This document shows, piece after piece, positions 54,415 through 62,054 of a stretch of DNA of 64,000 nucleotides. The DNA comes from Myxococcales bacterium (lineage in GTDB: Bacteria; Myxococcota_A; UBA9042; JABWCM01; BTVJ01): positions 160,001-224,000 of the forward strand of contig BTVJ01000002.1 in assembly GCA_045863395.1 (NCBI GenBank). Direction: 5' to 3'. A model generated the notes under the pieces. The model did not search any database, was not told the origin of the DNA, and worked only from the letters and a program-made list of their open reading frames with translations. A program made the translations under genes and the position numbers. Numbering within the stretch: position 1 is the first letter of the stretch; each line of letters begins with the position of its first letter.

Positions 54415-55605
54415 TCAGAAGCCCTCGGAGGGTCCATCTCCGGGGGCTTCGTCGTTTCCGACCACCTGCAGCATCGGAGCCCCTTCCCACAGCCGGTCCG
54501 CGATCCCGCCGAGTGCCGCTGCAGCTCGCCGCCGGTCCCCCGGCAGCACGTGCCTGTAGCTCGCCTTCGTGGTCCGCTCGTCGCGGTGCCCGGCCAGGTC
54601 CCGCAGGTCCTCCGCCGGTACCTCCTGGCCAGCCAGAGTCAGCGCTGTGTGGCGCAGGCCGTAGGGGCTGACGTAGGGGACGCCGGCAAGGGCTGCCGTG
54701 GCCTGGATGCGCCGCCGCAGCGGCTTCTCGTCGCGGGCCCGGCAGCCCCGCCGGCCGAGGGGCCAGACCAGCGCCGTCCCGGTGGCGCCGGACGCGAGCC
54801 TGGAGGTGATCCACGCACGCAGGAGCTCGAGGGCCCGCGTGCTCTTGATCGGCACGGCGCGCTCGGCCTCCTCGCTCTTGCCCTCCGCGATCCGCACGAC
54901 CCCATAGAGGAGGTCCACGTCGCGGATCGTCAGACGCGTAAGCTCTCCTGGGCGCAGCGCTGACGACAGCGCGACCCCCACCAGCGAGGGCCACTCGGGC
55001 CACCTGTCGCCGAGCTTCACGGCGGCCCGCAGGAAGGGCCCCACCTCCGCCGTGCGCAACCACTCCCGCCCACGCTTGCCCTTCGGCCGCTTCAGGTCGG
55101 CCCACGTTGCCTCCTTCGCCCAGCCCTTCGAGACGAGCCAGCGCTGCCACTCGGTGATGGCGGCCAGCTCGGCCCGGACCGTGGCGGGGCTGATGGTCTC
55201 CCCGTCCCGAGCTCCCGGCATGGCGAGGCGCCTGGTGCGGTAGTCCTCCCCCTGGGCCGCGGTCAGCTCCCACGGGTCGGGGCGCCCAAGGACTCGCCCC
55301 ACGGCCTCGATGCGCTGCCTGTAGACGGCGATGCCCGTCTCCTTGTCCCCCTCGGCTCGCCGGTGCGCCAGGAAGAGGTCCCGCGCATCGTCCCAGCTCT
55401 GTGGCGCGATCAGGCCCCGGGTGCTGAGCTGCTCGACGAAGGCCGATGCGGCCGCCTCCGCTGCTCTCTCCGTTGTGCCAGCAGGAAGGCGGATCTCCCG
55501 AGTGCGCGGCCTGCCTCGTACTCGATCCCAGGTCGTGTAGGCGATGACCCACTGCCCGTGGTGCTGTCGGGCCCATGCTCTGTCTCCCGTGTACTTCCGT
55601 CCCAT
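54415..55605 (-). CDS. int: Tyrosine recombinase / phage integrase
   Basis: LRPGEL (Arg), GKS, YGLRHT (HxxR variant), LAGH, SYRH (Tyr); GAGGAG SD. Confidence 0.92.
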   Translation of the reverse strand: MGRKYTGDRAWARQHHGQWVIAYTTWDRVRGRPRTREIRLPAGTTERAAEAAASAFVEQLSTRGLIAPQSWDDARDLFLAHRRAEGDKETGIAVYRQRIEAVGRVLGRPDPWELTAAQGEDYRTRRLAMPGARDGETISPATVRAELAAITEWQRWLVSKGWAKEATWADLKRPKGKRGREWLRTAEVGPFLRAAVKLGDRWPEWPSLVGVALSSALRPGELTRLTIRDVDLLYGVVRIAEGKSEEAERAVPIKSTRALELLRAWITSRLASGATGTALVWPLGRRGCRARDEKPLRRRIQATAALAGVPYVSPYGLRHTALTLAGQEVPAEDLRDLAGHRDERTTKASYRHVLPGDRRRAAAALGGIADRLWEGAPMLQVVGNDEAPGDGPSEGF

Positions 55606-55763
55606 GGTGACTCCTCAGTCGGTATGGGGCGGCGAAGCGATGGTGCCGCCGAGGATGCGCCCTCTCCCCGCCAGCGCGCAAGCTGCGCCTCCAGCACGCC
55701 CAGCTCCGCTCGCAGCCCGACGACGCGGGCCTCCAGCGCGGTGATGGTGGCGGGGTCGGTCAC
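55410..55763 (-). CDS. Small phage protein overlapping the int 5' end (xis position)
   Basis: GTG at 55763 overlaps the polX stop (GTGA); coiled-coil N-terminus TALEARVVGLRAELGVLEAQL. Confidence 0.5.
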   Translation of the reverse strand: MTDPATITALEARVVGLRAELGVLEAQLARWRGEGASSAAPSLRRPIPTEESPWDGSTRETEHGPDSTTGSGSSPTRPGIEYEAGRALGRSAFLLAQRREQRRRPHRPSSSSSAPGA

Positions 55764-56326
55764 GGGGCCACTCGCCGGCGCGGTTCTGGCATGGCGAGCC
55801 CCAGCGCCGCGAAGAAGTACGCCTCCTCCTCGCACATGGACACGCTGCCCGGCCCCGCCCTCCGCAGAGCCCCGTCCTGGACGTAGAGCCCCCGGGTCCT
55901 CGCCCGCGTGACCAGCCACTGTGAGTAGTCGGCAGGGCCTGTCCGGATGGCTGCGATGACGCCCCACTGCGCCGGCGGACGCACGATGAACAGATCGAGC
56001 TGCGCACCATCGAGCGCGGCGATGGAGTACTGCCGCATGCGCGGGCCCATGCGTGGGCCCGGCACCAGATCGCCGGCTGTGATCTGGCGGTCGAGCTCGT
56101 GGAGGAGGTGGTCTCGCTCGACAATGAGCGGCCCGAGAAGGTCCCCGGGCTCCTCTGCGGGGCCCACGTGAGGGACGCACACGACCTCGATGTCACCGAC
56201 TGTTGGCTTGCAGCGTCTGACGCTGCCTGCCACCAGGACGCGGAGGACGGCGCCGCACAGCAACAGCCGCTCGGTCCAGGGGTAGGCCCACGCTTCGGCG
56301 CGGGCTAGAGGCAGTCTGGTCTTCAT
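55760..56326 (-). CDS. Minimal DNA polymerase X (Pol beta-like palm + thumb), 188 aa
   Basis: VAGSVRR, VGDIEVV, QLDLF, IRTGPADY, EEEAYFFAALGL...EPRRR; ATGA overlap with upstream gene. Confidence 0.85.
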   Translation of the reverse strand: MKTRLPLARAEAWAYPWTERLLLCGAVLRVLVAGSVRRCKPTVGDIEVVCVPHVGPAEEPGDLLGPLIVERDHLLHELDRQITAGDLVPGPRMGPRMRQYSIAALDGAQLDLFIVRPPAQWGVIAAIRTGPADYSQWLVTRARTRGLYVQDGALRRAGPGSVSMCEEEAYFFAALGLAMPEPRRRVAP

Positions 56327-56568
56327 GGGGTCTCCGTGGTGCAGGGGGCGCCGTCGTGGCAGGCAGCGTCCCCGGCATACAGCGCCTCCACCCACTCCCC
56401 GGCGGCCTGGGCATTAGACATGCTCGGGCATTGGATTCCCTGGGCTGCGAGCCTGAGCGCTCGCGCGGGGACATAGCCGAGCATCTCCATCCGTCCGCAG
56501 TGGACGCAGGTTGCCGTGATGCCGCCGTCCCTGACGATGCACCAGGCGTGGGGCCGGGGACTGTCCAT
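56323..56568 (-). CDS. Phage hypothetical protein, Cys-containing
   Basis: AGGAGG SD, CVHC motif, stop overlaps polX start. Confidence 0.65.
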   Translation of the reverse strand: MDSPRPHAWCIVRDGGITATCVHCGRMEMLGYVPARALRLAAQGIQCPSMSNAQAAGEWVEALYAGDAACHDGAPCTTETP

Positions 56569-56588
56569 CCGATCCTCCTGTCGTAGCT

Positions 56589-56629
56589 GCCCGCCCGCCC
56601 CGAGCGCGCGAGCAATGGGGCGGGCGGGC
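56589..56629. other. GC-rich inverted repeat (13-bp arms) in the phage leftward operon
   Basis: GCCCGCCCGCCCC-N15-GGGGCGGGCGGGC; no U-tract on either strand. Confidence 0.6.
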
Positions 56630-56652
56630 CTACCCCACCGTGGGGCAGGCTG

Positions 56653-57417
56653 TCATGGGGTCGCCGGGCCGCGGGTCTTGACCCTGGCCTCGTAGGCCGC
56701 GGCCTCGCTGCGCCTTGCGATGGCCGTGTGCTCTCGGGCCTCGGTCAGGTCGGCGCGGGCTTCGTCGCGCTCCGCGCGCGCCGCGGCGAGCTGCTCTCGG
56801 AGCCGAGCGCACTCGGACTCGGCCTCGTCGCGCTCCCCTCTGGTGAGCGTGAGCAGAGCGGCCATCGTCTCCGCATGTGCGGTCGCCGCGTCCCGCTCCT
56901 TGGTGATGCAGAGGATGCAGACTCGCTCGCCACCGCTCTGGCGGTAGTCGCAGCACATCTCGCCGCACCTGCTGCACGGAACCTCCTCGTTGCAGAGGAG
57001 GTCTCCGTCGCAGTGCCGGCCACTGGTGCCGACTGGGAGGCGCTCTGGCTCTGCCTCGGGCCTCGGCGCCTGCGCCTGCCCCAGCGCGCTCAGCATGTCT
57101 CGCGCCCAGGCGGACACGCCCCCGGCCCGGGCCTCCGCGACGAGTGCCTCGGCCACCGCCGCGAGCTGCGAGGCTCCCCGGTCATCACCCTGGCGGGGCG
57201 CGTCAAGGAATGCCGCCTGCTCGTCATGGTGGGACGGACACGCGACGTACCAACCCAGCGCCTGGTAGTCGGGCGTGAGGGCGTCCTCGTCGAGGGCCGT
57301 GTTGAGAGCGGCGATGGCCGCTTCGATGTCCCCGTCGTCCTCGAGGGCGGCGAGCACCGTGCGGCAGAGACTGCGGAGCTCCTCAGCCTCGCCGCTCGGG
57401 TGCGCCGCGCACCGCAA
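56653..57417 (-). CDS. Phage hypothetical protein (Cys cluster plus coiled coil); true 5' end unclear
   Basis: Coding-like from about 57390; CSRCGEMCC...CILC; heptad-rich C-terminus; nominal TTG lies inside the ParB-like sequence. Confidence 0.6.
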   Translation of the reverse strand: MRCAAHPSGEAEELRSLCRTVLAALEDDGDIEAAIAALNTALDEDALTPDYQALGWYVACPSHHDEQAAFLDAPRQGDDRGASQLAAVAEALVAEARAGGVSAWARDMLSALGQAQAPRPEAEPERLPVGTSGRHCDGDLLCNEEVPCSRCGEMCCDYRQSGGERVCILCITKERDAATAHAETMAALLTLTRGERDEAESECARLREQLAAARAERDEARADLTEAREHTAIARRSEAAAYEARVKTRGPATP

Positions 57418-57680
57418 ACCAGCTCGAAGCGGTCGCCTGTCGTGCGCAGCAGAACCGGCGCCAGCACGCCCACCTCGCGAATGCTGGCGGCGAGCTCCGC
57501 CACACGCTCCGAGCAGAAGCGCCGGCGGGGGTTGTGCGGAGACTCGTCGATCCGCGCGAGCGGGATGATCGCCGCGTAGCCGTCGGGCGCCCGGGTTGAC
57601 GGCGGAGGTGCATCCACGGGCTTGGTGTCCGGCTTCTTCTTGGTCGGTCGCTGCGGCTTGGCTGTCTTCGTCTCGGTCAT
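57380..57680 (-). pseudogene. Truncated or frameshifted ParB/Srx N-terminal domain gene
   Basis: IPLARIDESPHNPRRRF, ELAASIREVGVLAPVLLR, FELVCGARRTRAARL, then off-frame-looking Ser/Arg/Thr-rich sequence to the stop at 57090. Confidence 0.7.
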
Positions 57681-57892
57681 CCTCGTCTCCCTGCCTCCTC
57701 GGCCTGTTCCTGTCGGGTCATCTGCTGCAGGGGCAGGGCCATCTGCCCGGCCTTCGTCTGAGCCTCGGCACCGCACGGGGTCGTGCGGATGTGCTGCTGC
57801 TGGGTGTCCTGGACGGTACGGGCGCCGCAGCGGTAGACCAGCTCCACCACCGCCGCGCTGCACGATGGACAGACTCGGGGTGAGATCGGCAT
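57677..57892 (-). CDS. Phage hypothetical protein
   Basis: GGAGGAG SD, CPSC motif, ATGA overlap with the ParB-like gene. Confidence 0.6.
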   Translation of the reverse strand: MPISPRVCPSCSAAVVELVYRCGARTVQDTQQQHIRTTPCGAEAQTKAGQMALPLQQMTRQEQAEEAGRRG

Positions 57893-57893
57893 C

Positions 57894-58850
57894 TCAGTAC
57901 TCCTCCGTGGTGACGATCGGGTCCCTCACCGTGCCTCTGTGGGGCATCGTCGGAATGGGGCACAGGCGCATCGCCTCTAGGGCGGCGCGCTCCTTCGGTG
58001 TCGGTGCTCGCCGGCCCATGGCCACCTGGTCGCACTGCCCCCGCGTCAGACCGGTCCCTGCCAGGATCTCCGACACCGACCACCCGGCGTCCAGGAGCTG
58101 CCGGACCAGGGCCTGGCCTTTTGCGTGCTTCGCAGCCCAGCCACAGCGGATCAGGTGCGCGCGGTGCTGGCCGGTGCAGGGGCGCCCGCACTTCGGGCAA
58201 GGGAAGGTCTCTGGCGCTCGCTCTGCGTCTGCATCGAGGAGCTGCCCGATGTGGGGCGCCGGACCCACGCCCTTCGGCTGGTCCGCGTACCGGGGGCGGG
58301 CCCCGTAGTGGCGGAGCATCTGTTCCACCGCGCTCCGCGTGACCCCTCGGGCCTCCACGATCTCGTCGATACAGGCGCCTCGCTCGACCAGCGCAGCCAC
58401 CGCGGCCCTGCTGGCCGGGTCAGTTCCTGGCTTCGGGGTGGCGGCCCGACGGCCAGGTTCTGGAGGCGACGTCACCGCAACTGGAAGGCCCCGCCGGCCC
58501 TGCTGCGGCACCGGGGGAAGAGGCGGCGGCAGGGGTTCCGCCGCCTCCTCTCCCCGGGCCGCGACGGTGACGACGGAGGCGGGTGGTCCCCCGTCCATCA
58601 GCGCCTGCAGGGCTTTCGCTCCTGCCTCGAGGCGCTCGGCCTCCAGCAGAAGCTGCTCGCGCTCCTTGCCCACGTTGGCCAGCACGGTGACCAGGTCTTG
58701 GGCCCGTCGCCGGCGATAGCTGGCCTCGCCGCGCAGCCACTCCACCGTCGGGAGGTCGCGAACCGTCGGCAAGGTCCCGAAGCGCACGCCCGCCCGTCGC
58801 GCCTCCTCCGCCTCCAGGTCGCTGTCCCGCATGGACGTGCAGTCGCTCAT
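57894..58850 (-). CDS. Phage protein with coiled coil, two HTH-like segments and a zinc finger
   Basis: IDEIVEARGVTRSAVEQML, CPKC...H...C, SVSEILAGTGLTRGQ; GAGGAG SD, ATGA overlap. Confidence 0.65.
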   Translation of the reverse strand: MSDCTSMRDSDLEAEEARRAGVRFGTLPTVRDLPTVEWLRGEASYRRRRAQDLVTVLANVGKEREQLLLEAERLEAGAKALQALMDGGPPASVVTVAARGEEAAEPLPPPLPPVPQQGRRGLPVAVTSPPEPGRRAATPKPGTDPASRAAVAALVERGACIDEIVEARGVTRSAVEQMLRHYGARPRYADQPKGVGPAPHIGQLLDADAERAPETFPCPKCGRPCTGQHRAHLIRCGWAAKHAKGQALVRQLLDAGWSVSEILAGTGLTRGQCDQVAMGRRAPTPKERAALEAMRLCPIPTMPHRGTVRDPIVTTEEY

Positions 58851-59341
58851 GCCTCTCCTCGTGCGGCTCGCCGCCGCGTGATGACGAGCTCCCGCAGCTC
58901 GCCGTGGATGTGCTCGGGGACCTCCCACAGGCCCTCCTTGCCTCGCGCGAGACGGGGCACCGGAAGCGCGTAGCGCTCTGCCACGTGCCACCACATGGTC
59001 ATGTGGGGGTTGGCCCACGGGCTGCGGAAGCCGTAGGGCACCCGGTCGTGCTTGCAGATCCAGTCGATGCGCACCACTCCGAGGACCACGCCCAGCGCGA
59101 GCACCCCCGCCCTGGGGGCCTCGGGCCAGAGCTCCTCGACGGCCGCCCAGGACTCAGGGTCCGGCTGCGTCTTGCTCGCGTGGATCGCCAGCCACAGGCC
59201 ACCGCGCGGGACGTGCCGGCCCCAGGAGCGGTTCTCGACGTCCTTCGGGCCGTGCACCAGGGCGGTGGCCCAGGGCTGGATCACCGACAGGCCGCGGAGC
59301 AGGGGTTGCTCTTCCGCGTGGCTGTAGTGGGGCTTGCTCAC
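58847..59341 (-). CDS. ASCH domain protein
   Basis: LSVIQPWATALVHGPKDVENRSW, AIHAS, RGKEGLW. Confidence 0.88.
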   Translation of the reverse strand: MSKPHYSHAEEQPLLRGLSVIQPWATALVHGPKDVENRSWGRHVPRGGLWLAIHASKTQPDPESWAAVEELWPEAPRAGVLALGVVLGVVRIDWICKHDRVPYGFRSPWANPHMTMWWHVAERYALPVPRLARGKEGLWEVPEHIHGELRELVITRRRAARGEA

Positions 59342-59760
59342 GCCGCGCCCCAGTGCAGGCTCTTAGCCAGCGCTTCGTGCTCCCGCTGCGTCAGGAACTG
59401 ATGGAGGTCCGACCACCCCTCGCCGGTCCACGCGCCGCCGCCGTAGCCGATGAGGCCGACGTGCTTTCGCCAGACGGGCCCGGTGGGCTCGACCTCGGCC
59501 TTGGTCAGCTCGACAGCGCCGTCGGGGAGTGCGACGTAGCCGCAGTCCAGCGGGAGCCGCCCCGCCGCGTGGGAGTAGACGCGGCCGGCGCGGTTCACGC
59601 TGTAGAGGTCGTTGCCGACGCGGTACCAGTGGCAGGGCCACCGGCGCGCGCGCTTCCACAGAGGGCTGTCCAGCCAGGCGTAGAGGTCGAACGGGCGCGG
59701 CGCGGCGGGATTGTGCTGCGGAGCCTCATAATTGAGGGCCAATTGTTCGGATCTTTGCAT
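59338..59760 (-). CDS. Phage hypothetical protein, first gene of the leftward operon
   Basis: Stop overlaps the ASCH GTG; Trp-rich ORF of about 140 aa; start uncertain. Confidence 0.6.
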   Translation of the reverse strand: MQRSEQLALNYEAPQHNPAAPRPFDLYAWLDSPLWKRARRWPCHWYRVGNDLYSVNRAGRVYSHAAGRLPLDCGYVALPDGAVELTKAEVEPTGPVWRKHVGLIGYGGGAWTGEGWSDLHQFLTQREHEALAKSLHWGAA

Positions 59761-59831
59761 TATGCTACTCGCGCGTTCAGTATTAGGCTTCTTCTGCCTC
59801 GGACCGCGACCGTCACAAGCATCATGCACCG

Positions 59832-59883
59832 AAGGTGCCGAATGGGCACAATCAAGTCAAGCGGAAACGTGCCTATACGGCAC
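59832..59883 (-). promoter_or_regulatory. PL-like promoter with two operators (59835-59849, 59869-59883)
   Basis: Minus-strand TTGACT-N17-CACCTT; GTGCCGAATGGGCAC and GTGCCTATACGGCAC. Confidence 0.7.
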
Positions 59884-59889
59884 AAACGG

Positions 59890-60159
59890 GTGAGATGGAC
59901 TCCCGCCTGTCGTTTTGGCCAGGTCGGACGCCTGCAGGTTGACGATCTGGAAGTGGATAGAGAGGCCTGCCCGCAGGCGGGCGATGTGTGCCTAGTGCTA
60001 GCTCAGGACGGGGCGCAGGCACTCACGACGCTGCAGGACGATGGTTCGCACTTGCCGATGTCGGAAGGATTTCGGCCATTGACGCCGTCAGATGTCCACG
60101 TTCAAGGCGTGGTCATCTCTTTTCGCGCGTTCTCTCCCCGACGCTTCTCAGCCCGATGA
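59890..60159 (+). CDS. Degenerate stand-alone S24 (UmuD/LexA C-terminal-like) domain protein
   Basis: DLEVDR..P.AGDV...DG...TL...LPMSEGFRPLT..V.GVVI parallels the UmuD C-terminal half; start GTG 59890 or ATG 59842. Confidence 0.5.
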   Translation: MRWTPACRFGQVGRLQVDDLEVDREACPQAGDVCLVLAQDGAQALTTLQDDGSHLPMSEGFRPLTPSDVHVQGVVISFRAFSPRRFSAR

Positions 60160-60470
60160 CTCTCACCACCCGGGGGGGCTTTTCCGCGCCCGACGAGCGA
60201 CGCTTCGCCAATGCAGGCCGCAACCATTGGCGCGACTTCCTCGTTGTAGTAGATCCAGCAATCCTCTCCCTGGCTCCGGCCCGCGCTCGGCACCTTCATC
60301 AGCGGAACTCCGCATTGAGCTTCGAGTTCGACGACCGTGAGCCCGAGCGTCACATCACAGTGGCGGAGTTTGCCATCGTCTTGTTGGTACACGAGCATTG
60401 TGGTTGGTGCGTACCCGCACGCAGCGACAAGAAGCACCGCGACAATCGCTGTCCGACGGAGCTTGTTCAT
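60102..60470 (-). CDS. Small phage lipoprotein coupled to the repressor
   Basis: MNKLRR-hydrophobic-LVAAC lipobox; ATGA overlap with the repressor stop; GAGGGG SD. Confidence 0.7.
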   Translation of the reverse strand: MNKLRRTAIVAVLLVAACGYAPTTMLVYQQDDGKLRHCDVTLGLTVVELEAQCGVPLMKVPSAGRSQGEDCWIYYNEEVAPMVAACIGEASLVGRGKAPPGGESHRAEKRRGENARKEMTTP

Positions 60471-60808
60471 GTCAGCATCCCCTCTTTTGCCAGTGCTTCT
60501 GCCTGAATCCGCAACAGTCGAATAGCCTGAGCATCGAGCTGGACCAGCAAAGAAATCAACTGCGCAGCCATCGGGTCCATGTCACCCGACGGAGGGGTGG
60601 TGTAACCAAATAGTTCGTGCTCCGCAACCCCCAGGCCCCGCGCCAGGATAGGGATGTGTTCCGCAGTCCAGTTCGCCCGCTCTCGCTCGATCTTGGAGAT
60701 CCATGTGCGGTCCAGGCCGCATGCCTCTCCAAGCTGCTCCTGGCTCATTCCTTTGGCCTTGCGAAGCTCCCGCAGATGTCGGGCAAGTAGGTAAGTCATT
60801 TGCGCCAT
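60467..60808 (-). CDS. XRE-family HTH repressor (cI-like, no peptidase domain)
   Basis: LRELRKAKGMSQEQLGEACGLDRTWISKIER; divergent from the cro-like gene. Confidence 0.88.
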   Translation of the reverse strand: MAQMTYLLARHLRELRKAKGMSQEQLGEACGLDRTWISKIERERANWTAEHIPILARGLGVAEHELFGYTTPPSGDMDPMAAQLISLLVQLDAQAIRLLRIQAEALAKEGMLT

Positions 60809-60846
60809 GACCTGCGATGTTGCCTTTTGCCAAGCCCGATGGACCA

Positions 60847-60899
60847 CGGCCTGAAGGGCACAAATCGTCTTGACATCATTCGTGCCTAATGGGCACTAT
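60847..60899 (+). promoter_or_regulatory. PR-like promoter with two operators (60847-60861 degenerate, 60882-60896)
   Basis: TTGACA(60870)-N18-CACTAT; CGGCCTGAAGGGCAC and GTGCCTAATGGGCAC. Confidence 0.75.
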
Positions 60900-60905
60900 G
60901 CCCCC

Positions 60906-61208
60906 ATGGACCTGCGAACCTATTGCGCGCATCGCCGCATCACAGACGAACATCTGGCCGGCATTCTCGGGGTGTCGCGTCCCTACATCACAAAGCTCCG
61001 CAACGGACGCTCGGTGACCCTCGCGCAATTGGCTGTGGACATCTCAATTGCGACTGGCGGGCTGGTGAGCATCCAGGAAGCCCTCTTCCCTGACGGGGTC
61101 CCGGCCGGAGCCACCATGACCCCAGCGGACGTACCCGCCGATCCTGCCTTCCCGCACTCCGCATCGCACGCAACACCCGAGGAGGGATCTTGCGCACCCA
61201 CCCCCTGA
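60906..61208 (+). CDS. Cro-like HTH protein
   Basis: MDLRTY...LAGILGVSRPYITKLRNG...IATGGLVS; ATG 6 nt after the -10 (leaderless candidate). Confidence 0.8.
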   Translation: MDLRTYCAHRRITDEHLAGILGVSRPYITKLRNGRSVTLAQLAVDISIATGGLVSIQEALFPDGVPAGATMTPADVPADPAFPHSASHATPEEGSCAPTP

Positions 61209-61681
61209 CGGCCGCAGAGCGCGCCATCCACCGACTGCTCCAGGACCGCCGCCTGCTCCAGGAGGAGCTCGCCGCGCTGGTCGGCTACGACCCAGGCCAC
61301 ATGAGCCGCTGCCTGTCCGGGCAGCACGCGCTCCCGCTTCGGGTCCTGGCCCCGCTGGCCGCCGCTGGCTTCCGCGAGCCGCTCGAGGCGGAGGTCCTCG
61401 CGGCGGGTGGGCGCATCGAGTGGGACGAGACGCCGGTCAACGTCGTCGAGCTGCACCGCACCGCCACGGAGCGTGGCGTGTCCGCGGTGGGGACGGCCAC
61501 CGACTACGCCTCGACGGCATGTGCTGCCGAGGCCCCCTCTTCGCCCGGTGGCCGCAACGTCACCCGGGCGGAGCTCTCCGAGCTGGCCCAGCAAGCCCGC
61601 CGGAACGCCACCCGCTGGCACCAGGAGCTGGCCATCCTCGAGCGCCAGCTCCGCACCTACGACCTGAGGAGGCGCCCATGA
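61190..61681 (+). CDS. HTH regulator at the CII position
   Basis: QEELAALVGYDPGHMSRCLSG; GGAGG SD before TTG. Confidence 0.7.
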   Translation: MRTHPLTAAERAIHRLLQDRRLLQEELAALVGYDPGHMSRCLSGQHALPLRVLAPLAAAGFREPLEAEVLAAGGRIEWDETPVNVVELHRTATERGVSAVGTATDYASTACAAEAPSSPGGRNVTRAELSELAQQARRNATRWHQELAILERQLRTYDLRRRP

Positions 61682-61761
61682 AGGCGTTCACCATGGCGGC
61701 GGTGAACACGTCTGGCCGCTTCGCACGGGTCCCAAGGTGCTACAGGAGCGGGGGCTCATGA
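61678..61761 (+). CDS. Small phage ORF, 27 aa
   Basis: GAGGAGG SD; ATGA overlaps at both ends. Confidence 0.45.
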   Translation: MKAFTMAAVNTSGRFARVPRCYRSGGS

Positions 61762-61988
61762 GTGCCCAACTCCACGGGCCTTGGGCCCTCTTCCTCGTGC
61801 GCGCCGACGGCACCTTCGAGGCGGCGCCCATCGTCTGGTGCCGCAACCGGGCGCTTCTCGCTGAGGTCTGTGGGCACCTGGTGGGGCGACCCGGCGTTGA
61901 TGTGGTGATGGCGCCTGCTGACATGGCCGGTCGCCCCCGCTCTGACCTGGCGAAGGTGCTGGCGGCCATGAAGGCGCACGAGAACTGA
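61758..61988 (+). CDS. Phage hypothetical protein
   Basis: ATGA overlap, AGGAG SD, 76 aa. Confidence 0.55.
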   Translation: MSAQLHGPWALFLVRADGTFEAAPIVWCRNRALLAEVCGHLVGRPGVDVVMAPADMAGRPRSDLAKVLAAMKAHEN

Positions 61989-62054
61989 CGCACGTACCAG
62001 AGGGGGACGAGGTGCCCCCCCCGCAGCAGCGGCGACACGCCGCGAAGGGCCTCC

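Noticed and set aside
54284..55681. 465-aa minus-strand ORF running into the tRNA
   Set aside because: Alternative frame of int; Arg/Gly/Pro-rich without motifs and overlaps the tRNA.
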